In this document: in pieces, positions 1 to 8,102 of the stretch
How the letters are laid out: every line of letters begins with the position of its first letter
Numbering within the stretch: position 1 is the stretch's first letter
Assembly (NCBI GenBank): GCA_019428815.1
Contig: JAHYJW010000001.1
Span: 116,363 to 180,362 of the forward strand
Source of the DNA: Patescibacteria group bacterium
Lineage (GTDB): Archaea; Nanobdellota; Nanobdellia; Pacearchaeales; GW2011-AR1
Direction: 5' to 3'
DNA: 64,000 bases
Made by a program: the position numbers and the translations under genes
The notes under the pieces: model-generated
What the model was told of the DNA's origin: nothing
The model's database searches: none
What the model saw: the letters and a program-made list of their open reading frames with translations, nothing else

Positions 1-551
1 TCTTTTCCGGTAGGATGTCTTTGTAATATGTCTAAACCCGAAAGTTCTTTGTTTGTTTCTAAAGGAGTAAATTTTATTTTGTCTGGTTCTAATGCTTTAA
101 ATGTTATAGGGAGTTTTATTTTTTCTAAGGGATAAATTCCAATTGCAGCCTTTTTTCTTTTTCTCCCAACAGTTAAATGAAGTTTTTCTTGGAAATCTAT
201 TATTTCTTTAATTTTATCATCGTCTAATTTGAGATTCTTTACAATAGCACATGCAGTATAGGGTCTTATTTCTTTCACAGAACTGTCAATATAAACATCA
301 TAATCTTTCTCAGGCTTGTTTAATTTGTATTGCCTCAAACCTACTTTTTTTCCTAAAAAAGATAAAAAAGAATTCTTAAAACCCTGATAAGATAACAAAT
401 CAGGCCTATTGGGAAAGATTTCAATACTAATCTTGCCTTCATTAATTTCTTCAATTGGAGTACCAAACATAGCAACCTTATTTTGCATATTCTCGTCTAG
501 TTTTCCAATTTCTCTTTCAACCTGTTTTTTATTAAAAGTTACAACGGCCAT
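1..551 (-). CDS. pheT: Phenylalanyl-tRNA synthetase beta subunit, archaeal type (5' part only; continues past the window edge)
   Basis: Manual translation of the minus strand from the ATG at 551 gives MAVVTFNKKQVEREIGKLDENMQNKVAMFGTPIEE...IFPNRPDLLSYQGF...RPYTACAIVKNLKLDD...LHLTVGRKRKKAAIGIYPLEK. This is typical of the archaeal PheT N-terminal/B3-4 region. It lies 7 nt downstream of pheS. Confidence 0.8.
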   Translation of the reverse strand, partial: MAVVTFNKKQVEREIGKLDENMQNKVAMFGTPIEEINEGKISIEIFPNRPDLLSYQGFKNSFLSFLGKKVGLRQYKLNKPEKDYDVYIDSSVKEIRPYTACAIVKNLKLDDDKIKEIIDFQEKLHLTVGRKRKKAAIGIYPLEKIKLPITFKALEPDKIKFTPLETNKELSGLDILQRHPTGK

Positions 552-557
552 TTGATT

Positions 558-2087
558 TTATTTAAGTTCTCTTACCCAAAATTTTGTTTTTCTTAACTGA
601 GATAAATTATTCTTATAAATTTCCCTAAAATCTTTTATTTCATAATAATCCATAATCATCCTGTCTAATCCAGGTCCCCATGCAAGTACAGGAATATTTT
701 TTCCAAGTAAGGGAATTACAACTTCTGGTCTGAGAATTCCTGCCCCCCCAAGTTCAAACCAAACTTTTTTTTCATTATGCCAAACATCAATTTCAAGACT
801 TGGTTCAGTATAAGGAAAATAACCTGGCCTAAATCTTACTTTTTCAAAACCCATCTTTTTGAAGAACTCTTTTAGGTATCCCAAAAGATGTCTAAAATTA
901 GCATTTTTGTCTATGACTATCCCTTCAGTTTGATTAAATTCAAATCCATGACTCCAATCTATAGTTTCATTTCTGAAACATTTCCCTATTGCGAAGAACT
1001 TTTGAGGTAAAGATTCTAAATCCAATTCTGATAGAGTTTTTGCTGATAAACAGGTAGTGTGTGTTCTTAAAACAAGTTTTTTTGCTTCTTCTTCACTCCA
1101 TTTATTTCCCCACCCTTTACTACCCCCTACACCCTTTTCATGACTTTCCTTTATTTTTTGAATAATCTCTTTTTGAGGAATTTCCCCTTTTTTTTCAATG
1201 AAAAAAGTATCTTGCATTTCTCTTACAGGGTGGTCTTGAGCTGTAAATAACACATCAAAGTTCCAAAAAGAACTAAGAACCATCGGACCTGTCATTTCTT
1301 TAAATCCCATTTCTGTCCAGATTCTTCTAGCATAATCTATTGCTTGATTTACAATGTGCCTTTTACCACCTTCTATTTTTGGAAAAGGTCCTGAAACATT
1401 ATACCTCCTAAATTTCTTTCCTTTCCAAAATGATTCTTTTTTAAGAAGTTCAGGTGTTATTTGTTCAATTAAATCTCTTCCTTTTACTTCTTCTTCAATT
1501 ATTTTTTTTCCTAAATCTGTTATTTCTATGCCAATTTTCTTTTCTTCAGTAATCTGAATAATCTCTTTTCTTTTTTTAAGTGATTCTAAAATAACTCCCT
1601 GTTCCTGGTTTAAAGAATCAGGATTAATAGGCAAAATTTCTAAAAAATGTTCTTCAGGGGTTTTTTTTGTAATCTCTTCTCTATTTGCATTAAAAATGAT
1701 TTTTCCCTTTTTTAAATCAATCAAGTTTCTTTTTTTAAGAACCCCAATAGATGCCTTTAGTTCTTCTGATGAAAGTCCACTTTCTTTAGAAACATTAGAA
1801 AAATTTAAAATTCTTTTTTCATTTAGAAGATTTAATAATCTTCTTTCAGGTAAACCTTTCTTTTTGTATAATATCCCGTTAATCCCTAAATCAATAAGCT
1901 TTCTTTTTTCTATTGAGATTTTAATAATCCCTTTATTATCTAAATATTCTAAAGACCTTATCACTGAAACTTTTTCTAAATTAGACCTTTTACAAATTTC
2001 AATTAGGTCTTTTTCTTCAAGATAAGGGATAATTTTCCTTTCATTAGGACTTAATGAGTCTAATATTCTTTCTATATTCTCTTCCAT
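558..2087 (-). CDS. pheS: Phenylalanyl-tRNA synthetase alpha subunit, archaeal/eukaryotic type
   Basis: 509 aa. Class II core motifs: HPVREMQDTFF, FRPGYFPYTEPSLEIDV, GGAGILRPEV, LAWGPGLDRM. Long N-terminal winged-helix region as in archaeal PheS. Confidence 0.9.
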   Translation of the reverse strand: MEENIERILDSLSPNERKIIPYLEEKDLIEICKRSNLEKVSVIRSLEYLDNKGIIKISIEKRKLIDLGINGILYKKKGLPERRLLNLLNEKRILNFSNVSKESGLSSEELKASIGVLKKRNLIDLKKGKIIFNANREEITKKTPEEHFLEILPINPDSLNQEQGVILESLKKRKEIIQITEEKKIGIEITDLGKKIIEEEVKGRDLIEQITPELLKKESFWKGKKFRRYNVSGPFPKIEGGKRHIVNQAIDYARRIWTEMGFKEMTGPMVLSSFWNFDVLFTAQDHPVREMQDTFFIEKKGEIPQKEIIQKIKESHEKGVGGSKGWGNKWSEEEAKKLVLRTHTTCLSAKTLSELDLESLPQKFFAIGKCFRNETIDWSHGFEFNQTEGIVIDKNANFRHLLGYLKEFFKKMGFEKVRFRPGYFPYTEPSLEIDVWHNEKKVWFELGGAGILRPEVVIPLLGKNIPVLAWGPGLDRMIMDYYEIKDFREIYKNNLSQLRKTKFWVRELK

Positions 2088-2137
2088 TTTAAGATTATAA
2101 GATTAATATGTTACAGGTTAAAAGCGTTTTGTTTGGA

Positions 2138-2755
2138 TTATATCTCTTGAATCATCCACGTGGGCATTCCTAATACTAAACCGAGAGATTTTAAGTCATA
2201 TGAATCTCTTTTTTCTTCAGATAAAGAAATAAAACTCATCCTCAGATTATTTTTTTTACAAAGCATTATATTTTGTCTTATACGGGAGATTATCTTTGAT
2301 TTTTCTCTTTGGGATTTTTCTTTTAATATCTCTTCAAAGTTTATTCCTATTGAGATATTTTTTTTCTTGGCTATTTTAGCTAAGACTTGATTAAAACCAG
2401 AATCTCTTTGTTTTATCCTATCTCTTTTTTCAGAAAGATTCAAAAGAAGTACATCAATCTCTTCTTTTTCTATAACCTTTCTATTTAATTCATCATCATT
2501 ACTTGAAAAAATCACCTTAACCTTATTTTTTTGATTTTTTTTTGCCTCTCTTATTTTTTTCCTAGCTTTCTCAAAATCGGTTTCTTGAATATAAATCTTT
2601 TTTATGTTTTCCATCTTTATTAAAAAAGAAGGTTCTTTATAAAAATTAGCCTCTCTTTTTAAGAATCTTTTATTTGGAACTTTGTTATAAGTTACATTTT
2701 CTGTTTCTATTATGGGCTTTAATAGATTATTAAGTGAAAAAAGATAATAAAACAT
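2138..2755 (-). CDS. RNase P protein component 3 (Rpp30-like), tentative
   Basis: 205 aa. The C-terminal two thirds resemble Rpp30: GFNQVLAKIAKKKNISIGINFEEIL, RIRQNIMLCKKNNLRMSFISLSE, DLKSLGLVLGM. The true start may be an internal Met. Confidence 0.5.
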   Translation of the reverse strand: MFYYLFSLNNLLKPIIETENVTYNKVPNKRFLKREANFYKEPSFLIKMENIKKIYIQETDFEKARKKIREAKKNQKNKVKVIFSSNDDELNRKVIEKEEIDVLLLNLSEKRDRIKQRDSGFNQVLAKIAKKKNISIGINFEEILKEKSQREKSKIISRIRQNIMLCKKNNLRMSFISLSEEKRDSYDLKSLGLVLGMPTWMIQEI

Positions 2756-2772
2756 AACAGGAGCGGTTAAAA

Positions 2773-3462
2773 TTATCCCTTGATTAAAGTTCCCTTAAAA
2801 TTTTTTTTGTTGAGAACGTTTTCTAATTGATCCATATCTCTTCCAAGTATATAGGTAGGAATTCGGTTTTTCATGATAATCTTAGAAGCAGTTTGATCTA
2901 AAACAAAATTTTGTCCTGGAGAAAACTTATTTTTATTAACCATAATATCAAAATCCCCCCAACTTATTCTTGGGATAAATTTTGCGTCTTTATGCTCTTT
3001 AGGGTTTTTATCGTGAAGTCCAGAAACATTTGTTAGATTTATGAATATTGTCTTGAAGATTTTGGCAATTTCTGCAGAAGTGGAGTCTGAAGTTTGTTCG
3101 GGTTTGTATTCTAGCGCTCCTATAAATATTATATCCTCTTTTTTAAGATATTTTTTAAGAGTTTTTTTTGTGTGGGGTATTCCATACTCTGGATTTTTAC
3201 CAAAAAAATACGCCATAAATCTTGCATTCATTCTTGTTGCAGAAATTCCAGAAAAGTTTTGTAACTTTTCACTTAATTCTGCTTCTCTTAATGCATGAAT
3301 ATACTTCCTAGCAATACTTCCCCCTCCGCACACAACTATAAATTTATACCTCTTTGAATTTTTTAAAATTACTCTTTTAAATTCTCTTAAGAAACGAGTA
3401 TCAATTTCTTGTGGAATTATGAGACTCCCTCCTAAACTCAAAACAATTACCTCTTTTTTCAT
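2773..3462 (-). CDS. pyrH: UMP kinase, archaeal type (amino-acid kinase fold)
   Basis: 229 aa. Motifs VLSLGGSLIIP and VVCGGGSIARKYI. Size and layout match archaeal PyrH. Confidence 0.75.
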   Translation of the reverse strand: MKKEVIVLSLGGSLIIPQEIDTRFLREFKRVILKNSKRYKFIVVCGGGSIARKYIHALREAELSEKLQNFSGISATRMNARFMAYFFGKNPEYGIPHTKKTLKKYLKKEDIIFIGALEYKPEQTSDSTSAEIAKIFKTIFINLTNVSGLHDKNPKEHKDAKFIPRISWGDFDIMVNKNKFSPGQNFVLDQTASKIIMKNRIPTYILGRDMDQLENVLNKKNFKGTLIKG

Positions 3463-3503
3463 ATTAAGCTTAGTTAAAAAGGATTTTTATTTGTTTCTAA
3501 AGT

Positions 3504-3785
3504 TCATTTTATTGTAAACAATTTATCGTCATCTACATCAAAAATTCCAAGTCTAACTCCTGAGTCAATCCACCCATGAGCATAGTTCAAAGCAGCAAAA
3601 GAATTTACTAAATCACCCTTTTTTTCGAAGTATTCTGAATCTGAGATGTAATTTGAGGCCATATCAATAATCTCTTTAGCTTCTTTTTCTTTATTCTTTA
3701 TTATTGATCTTTTGGATATTTCTAAAGCCTTTTTAGTTAATTCTCTATATTTTTTTATCTTTTCTGAATTTACAATGTTCTTCAT
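3504..3785 (-). CDS. Small conserved archaeal protein, DUF357-like
   Basis: 93 aa. Contains the ALNYAHGWIDSGVRLGI motif that I recall from DUF357. Confidence 0.45.
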   Translation of the reverse strand: MKNIVNSEKIKKYRELTKKALEISKRSIIKNKEKEAKEIIDMASNYISDSEYFEKKGDLVNSFAALNYAHGWIDSGVRLGIFDVDDDKLFTIK

Positions 3786-3960
3786 CTTAAAATAATATCT
3801 CTTTTATGACTTTTTACGGCTTTTTATGATTTTATTCTTCTATCCCTTTACTCTTATAGGTTAAGGTTATGTCCTAGGAAAATAATGTTAATTTTTAAAT
3901 TTAATCAAAAAGTTGAAATTAGCTAGAAACATTTTTAAACAGTTCCTTCTTTATGGGTAA

Positions 3961-4233
3961 ATGGTAGATAAATCAAAAAGAATAATTATCTTACTTTTAA
4001 CTGTAATCACTATTCTTCTTGTATTCATTCTTTATAATTTTTTATTAAAGCCTCAAATTTCTGGTTATGTTGTAAATAAACAACTTGAGGGTTATTCTAT
4101 GGCTATTAATCAGATTGTTGAAATTGTAGCTCCCCCAAGGTGTGAACCTTTAGCGATTCAGTATGGTGATTTTCAAAATGAATCAATCCAAATTGTTTCA
4201 ATAGAATGTTATGACCTTTTTTCTGAATCTTAA
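3961..4233 (+). CDS. Small N-terminally membrane-anchored hypothetical protein
   Basis: 90 aa. Single hydrophobic helix IIILLLTVITILLVFILYNFLL. Confidence 0.4.
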   Translation: MVDKSKRIIILLLTVITILLVFILYNFLLKPQISGYVVNKQLEGYSMAINQIVEIVAPPRCEPLAIQYGDFQNESIQIVSIECYDLFSES

Positions 4234-4318
4234 TAAGAAATCTTAGTTTTTTATTCTAAAAAAATGCCAGATTTTAATTTTTAACTAGATTTATAAATAA
4301 AAATAACTTTGATATATT

Positions 4319-6088
4319 ATGGATTTTATCCAAGGATTGAAAAAGAGATTGAATACTAAAAAGGGAGTTTCTGAAATTGTTTCTGTTTTAATTATCATTC
4401 TTTTAGTTGTTGCATCTGCAGGGATTATCTGGGTTATTGTTATGTCTCTTATGAATTCTAGTTCTGAATCAATAAACCTCAACCGAAGATGTGCTGATGT
4501 TGAAATTGAATTCAGAAGTATTTCAAGATTATCTGAAAATTACAAACTTGTTCTTCGTAGAACTTCTGTAGGAGAAGAAATTAATGGGGTTAAGGTAATT
4601 TTTTATACAGAAGGGGGGAGCAGCGAATTTTCTCCAGAGGCTTTTAAAGATTGGGGTTCTCTTGAATTAAGAACCGGGTTTATAAATACTAACTTAGATG
4701 ATATACAAAGAATAGAATGGTTCCCTTATTTCATTAGTGAAAGCGGAGAAGAGCTTATTTGTCCAAATCCTTTTGAAAAAGTGATCAACTTCCAGATTCC
4801 ATCTGAAACATCTACCGAATTATCTATAACTTCTACTCCTGTTACTGAGATAAATGAGGGAAGTCTTTATTCTTATCAAATTATTGTTGAGGGGGGAACT
4901 CCCCCTTATTCATATCAACTAACTGAATGGCCCAACTGGCTTTCAATAAACTCCGAAACAGGTTTGATAAATGGAACTGCTCCTTTTGTTGATTCTGATA
5001 ACAACTCACTTGTCAAAGTAAGAGTTAATGATAGTTTGAATAATGAAGATTCTCAGGATTATACCCTAACAGTAAAAAACTCAGACTCTTTAGAGTTTGT
5101 ACCCATCAACGATTGTGAAGGATTGATAGGAATCCGAGAGGATCTTGCGGGTTCTTATAAGTTAGTGGGGGATATAGATTGTGGAAGCATTACAAACTTT
5201 AATCCTCTTCCTGAATTTAAGGGAATTTTGGAGGGAGATAATTTTTATATTAGAAATCTAGTAATTCCCTCTTGGAATTTAGGAACAGAAAATGGGCTAT
5301 TTGTTAAACTAAACTCTACGGGAGTAATTAAAAATTTAAAAATAAAAGACTTAAAAATTGTTACTGAAGAACAAATTAATCAACTGGGAGGTTTAGTGGG
5401 AATTAATCAAGGGAGTATCATTAATGTCTCTCTTTTTGGAGAGGTAAGTTCCAAGGGATATTCCGTTGGAGGTTTAGTGGGAATTAATCAGGGTATTATT
5501 TTATCTTCCAATTTCAAAGGAACTGTTAAAGGTTCAAATTATGTCGGGGGTTTAGTAGGACAAAACTCTCTTTTTATTAACAATTCTTATGTTAACAATT
5601 CTGAAAACATAAATATCACAGGGAATAACTTTGTCGGGGGTTTAGTAGGACAAAACACAAATGGAGGAGAAATGACTAACTGTTATTCTCGTACTACCAT
5701 TTCCTCTTCTGACGGGGGAAATTTATTAGGTGGCTTAGTAGGACAAAATGAACCTGGGGCAAATATTTCAAATTCTTACTCTGTTTCACAAATTTTTGGA
5801 GAAAATTTAAATTATGTCGGGGGGTTAGTTGGAGAGAACAATGGACAAATTGAAAATTCATTCTGGTATTCTGGTCGAGCTGGTACGGATAAATATCCAG
5901 ATGTTTGTTTTTATGGATGGTTGCCTACTTATGAAAAATGTAGAAGTATCCTTGAGGAGGGAGCTCTTTGGTCATATTTTTATGATGTGGATAATCCACC
6001 GATGAATAAATGGGATTTCTTAAACATATGGTCTAGAACCAACATATACCAAAATTTCCCAAATCTTTTATGGGAGGAAACGGTTTAA
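4319..6088 (+). CDS. Surface protein with archaeal type IV pilin-like (class III) signal peptide, Ig-like domain and GLUG-motif repeats
   Basis: N-terminus is KKGVSEIVSVLIIILLVVASAGIIWVIV (KG/VS prepilin-peptidase-type site followed by a hydrophobic helix). Ig-like segment SITSTPVTEINEGSLYSYQI. At least six (V/L)GGLVG(I/Q/E)N repeats. Confidence 0.7.
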   Translation: MDFIQGLKKRLNTKKGVSEIVSVLIIILLVVASAGIIWVIVMSLMNSSSESINLNRRCADVEIEFRSISRLSENYKLVLRRTSVGEEINGVKVIFYTEGGSSEFSPEAFKDWGSLELRTGFINTNLDDIQRIEWFPYFISESGEELICPNPFEKVINFQIPSETSTELSITSTPVTEINEGSLYSYQIIVEGGTPPYSYQLTEWPNWLSINSETGLINGTAPFVDSDNNSLVKVRVNDSLNNEDSQDYTLTVKNSDSLEFVPINDCEGLIGIREDLAGSYKLVGDIDCGSITNFNPLPEFKGILEGDNFYIRNLVIPSWNLGTENGLFVKLNSTGVIKNLKIKDLKIVTEEQINQLGGLVGINQGSIINVSLFGEVSSKGYSVGGLVGINQGIILSSNFKGTVKGSNYVGGLVGQNSLFINNSYVNNSENINITGNNFVGGLVGQNTNGGEMTNCYSRTTISSSDGGNLLGGLVGQNEPGANISNSYSVSQIFGENLNYVGGLVGENNGQIENSFWYSGRAGTDKYPDVCFYGWLPTYEKCRSILEEGALWSYFYDVDNPPMNKWDFLNIWSRTNIYQNFPNLLWEETV

Positions 6089-6105
6089 TTTGTAAAATTT
6101 TTTAA

Positions 6106-6858
6106 TTATCTAAATCTGGAAGGGGTTGGAGCAGAAGGAGGTTCGTAAATTTTTTTTATTGTGAACTTAGATCCTAGTGTTTCTGAAACAATCGCAGAAA
6201 GTTCAACTTTTCCTACTGCAACTCTAAATAACCCTTCATGAACAGGAATTCGTGAAGCCTCTGAAAAATTTATGATTATATCTTCAATTTCTTCTTTTGT
6301 TAATTGAATTTGGGTGATTTTTCTACCCATTTTTCCCATAACAACTATCCTTTCATTAGGCCCATTACATTCTACTAAGTTAACTGCTGGATCATCTATA
6401 ATTGGATTAAGAACCCCTAAATCTACCTCTCTTTCAGTGGAAGCTACAGGTCTTATATCTTGAACTGTTTTTGGAAGTTTTGGTCCAATAAGTTTTAAAG
6501 GAGGTATGAAAAATTTAGGAGGAGGTCCTAAAGGTCCATACAAAACTGGTTTTGAATCAAAACTTTCTAAAGATCTAATCCAAGGGATTGTTTGTTGCTT
6601 TCTCTGTCTTCTAACTATTCTTTTTATGTTATCTTCTTCTTTCTGAATTTTTTCATGAACTACCCCTCTAATAATTCTTCTAGGAATTTCTCCTAATCCT
6701 TTTTGTTCTTCGGATTCTAATTCGTCTTGAATTTCTTCTATTTCTTCATCCCTTCTTTCAGATAAAAGCTCTTGGTATACTTTTGTATTTCTTAATAATT
6801 CTTTAGTTATTTCTAGAATAATTAACTTTTCTATACCCTTCTCTATTTGTTCAGACAT
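6106..6858 (-). CDS. Protein resembling only the N-terminal domain of VirB11/CpaF/FlaI-type secretion ATPases (no ATPase core)
   Basis: LNPIIDDPAVNLVECNGPNERIVVMGKMGRKI...SEASRIPVHEGLFRVAVGKVELSAIVSETLGSKFTIKK matches the region just upstream of the Walker A motif in this family. The ORF ends about 15 aa later with no P-loop. Confidence 0.45.
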   Translation of the reverse strand: MSEQIEKGIEKLIILEITKELLRNTKVYQELLSERRDEEIEEIQDELESEEQKGLGEIPRRIIRGVVHEKIQKEEDNIKRIVRRQRKQQTIPWIRSLESFDSKPVLYGPLGPPPKFFIPPLKLIGPKLPKTVQDIRPVASTEREVDLGVLNPIIDDPAVNLVECNGPNERIVVMGKMGRKITQIQLTKEEIEDIIINFSEASRIPVHEGLFRVAVGKVELSAIVSETLGSKFTIKKIYEPPSAPTPSRFR

Positions 6859-6965
6859 CTTTTAAATAACTTTTAATTTTATTTTTATGGAATTAAATTT
6901 TTTTGAAGTAAATAACTCTTTAATTTTTTAATTTAATCACCTTTTTCTTTTTTAAGACTTTCAAA

Positions 6966-8003
6966 TTAAAACTGGGGAGAAACATTTCCTGTAGAAAAAC
7001 CCTCTTCTGAAAATTCATCTTCATTTGGTTCAACGTCTAAAGATTCCAAATCTGAGTCTTCAGAACTTAGAGGATCCATTGATTTTTGATAACCTTGTCT
7101 TTCCATATCTAATGGACCATTTATTTTATTCTGGGGGCTCGGTCTGTTTGGGTTTTCTCTTAGGGGTAAAGGTCTTCCTCCATCAGCTCCAGGAACTATT
7201 CTTTGAGGTGGTCTTGAACGTGGCGGAGGCATCATTCTTGGTGGCGGAGGCATTTGAGCCATTAAAGGAATATTGGGATTACTCTCCTCTTCTTCGTTAA
7301 ATGGGAGATTTTTTTCAGTGTTTATCTCATGTATTAATGCTAAACCTTTTCCAATTAACCCTGCTTGTTGTGATATGTTGTTCAATTTTCTTAAAATTTC
7401 TTTTGAATCATCTTCTGCATTAAACTCCTTATTTGCAAGAGACTCTGCAGAAGTTTCGAATAACTCTAGAAGTTTTGAAAGTTGATTTGAAAGATCGTCG
7501 AACTTACCTGCTAACGTGACCATTATTTTTTGTAATGAAGCAAAATTGTTTGCAATTGAAGTGTCAATTTCTTTTTGTTGGGGACTTCTTCTTACACGTT
7601 TACTCCTTTTTGAACTTGTTCTTTTTCTTTTAGGAGCCTTTATTTTTTCTTTTAATTCTGCTTCTTTTTTTTCTAATTCTTTTAATTCTGCTTCTCTTTT
7701 ACGTTCTTTTTCTTCTAATTCTCTTTCCCTTTTTTTAAAATAACTTTCAATAGTTTTTGTAACTTTTTCTTCAGCTACTTTTTTTTCTTTAGGTTTTTTA
7801 GGATGCTTAACATTTTTTTGAATTCTTTTAGCTCTTTTAACTGGAGATTTCTTAACTTTTTTAATAGGACGAGAAATTGTTTTTTTCTTTTTGTTAGGTG
7901 TTTTTTTCTTAGCTTTTTTCACCTTTTTTTTATTAGATTCTGTGTTTTTTTTCTTAGCTTTTTTTTCTAACTCTTCATCCCTCTTTTTGAAATACCTAAC
8001 CAT
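6966..8003 (-). CDS. Lys-rich / coiled-coil / Pro-rich low-complexity protein
   Basis: 345 aa. KKxK-rich N-terminal half, EKERKREAELKELEKKEAELKEK coiled coil, PPPPRMMPPPRSRPP tract, acidic tail. Confidence 0.5.
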   Translation of the reverse strand: MVRYFKKRDEELEKKAKKKNTESNKKKVKKAKKKTPNKKKKTISRPIKKVKKSPVKRAKRIQKNVKHPKKPKEKKVAEEKVTKTIESYFKKRERELEEKERKREAELKELEKKEAELKEKIKAPKRKRTSSKRSKRVRRSPQQKEIDTSIANNFASLQKIMVTLAGKFDDLSNQLSKLLELFETSAESLANKEFNAEDDSKEILRKLNNISQQAGLIGKGLALIHEINTEKNLPFNEEEESNPNIPLMAQMPPPPRMMPPPRSRPPQRIVPGADGGRPLPLRENPNRPSPQNKINGPLDMERQGYQKSMDPLSSEDSDLESLDVEPNEDEFSEEGFSTGNVSPQF

Positions 8004-8102
8004 ATATCTTATTAGTGTTTTTTATTTATAAATATTTAGTAGAGGAGACATCTTTATGTGTCCATCATTTTATTGGTATTAATTTTTAAAAATATTAAAA
8101 TA

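Noticed and set aside
1354-2025. Plus-strand ORFs 1354-1557 and 1696-2025 inside pheS
   Set aside because: They are antisense to a confidently identified gene, and their low-complexity F/L/S-rich translations are typical of AT-rich antisense frames. The same reasoning rejects these ORFs: 2160-2390, 3041-3298, 4291-4482, 7025-7743 (three ORFs), 9343-9669, 10887-11105, 11274-11657, 12203-12486 (three ORFs), 15430-15672, 17210-17425, 19921-20103, 21441-21656, 22875-23087, 26715-27813 (three ORFs), 28453-28722, 29668-30066, 30905-31108, 35215-35430, 36813-37034, 37865-38053, 41304-41495, 42536-42808, 43810-44076, 46271-46669, 47259-47555, 47687-47908, 48490-48699, 48753-48965, 50575-50787, 56132-56371, 57100-57369, 60397-60633 and 63225-63410.
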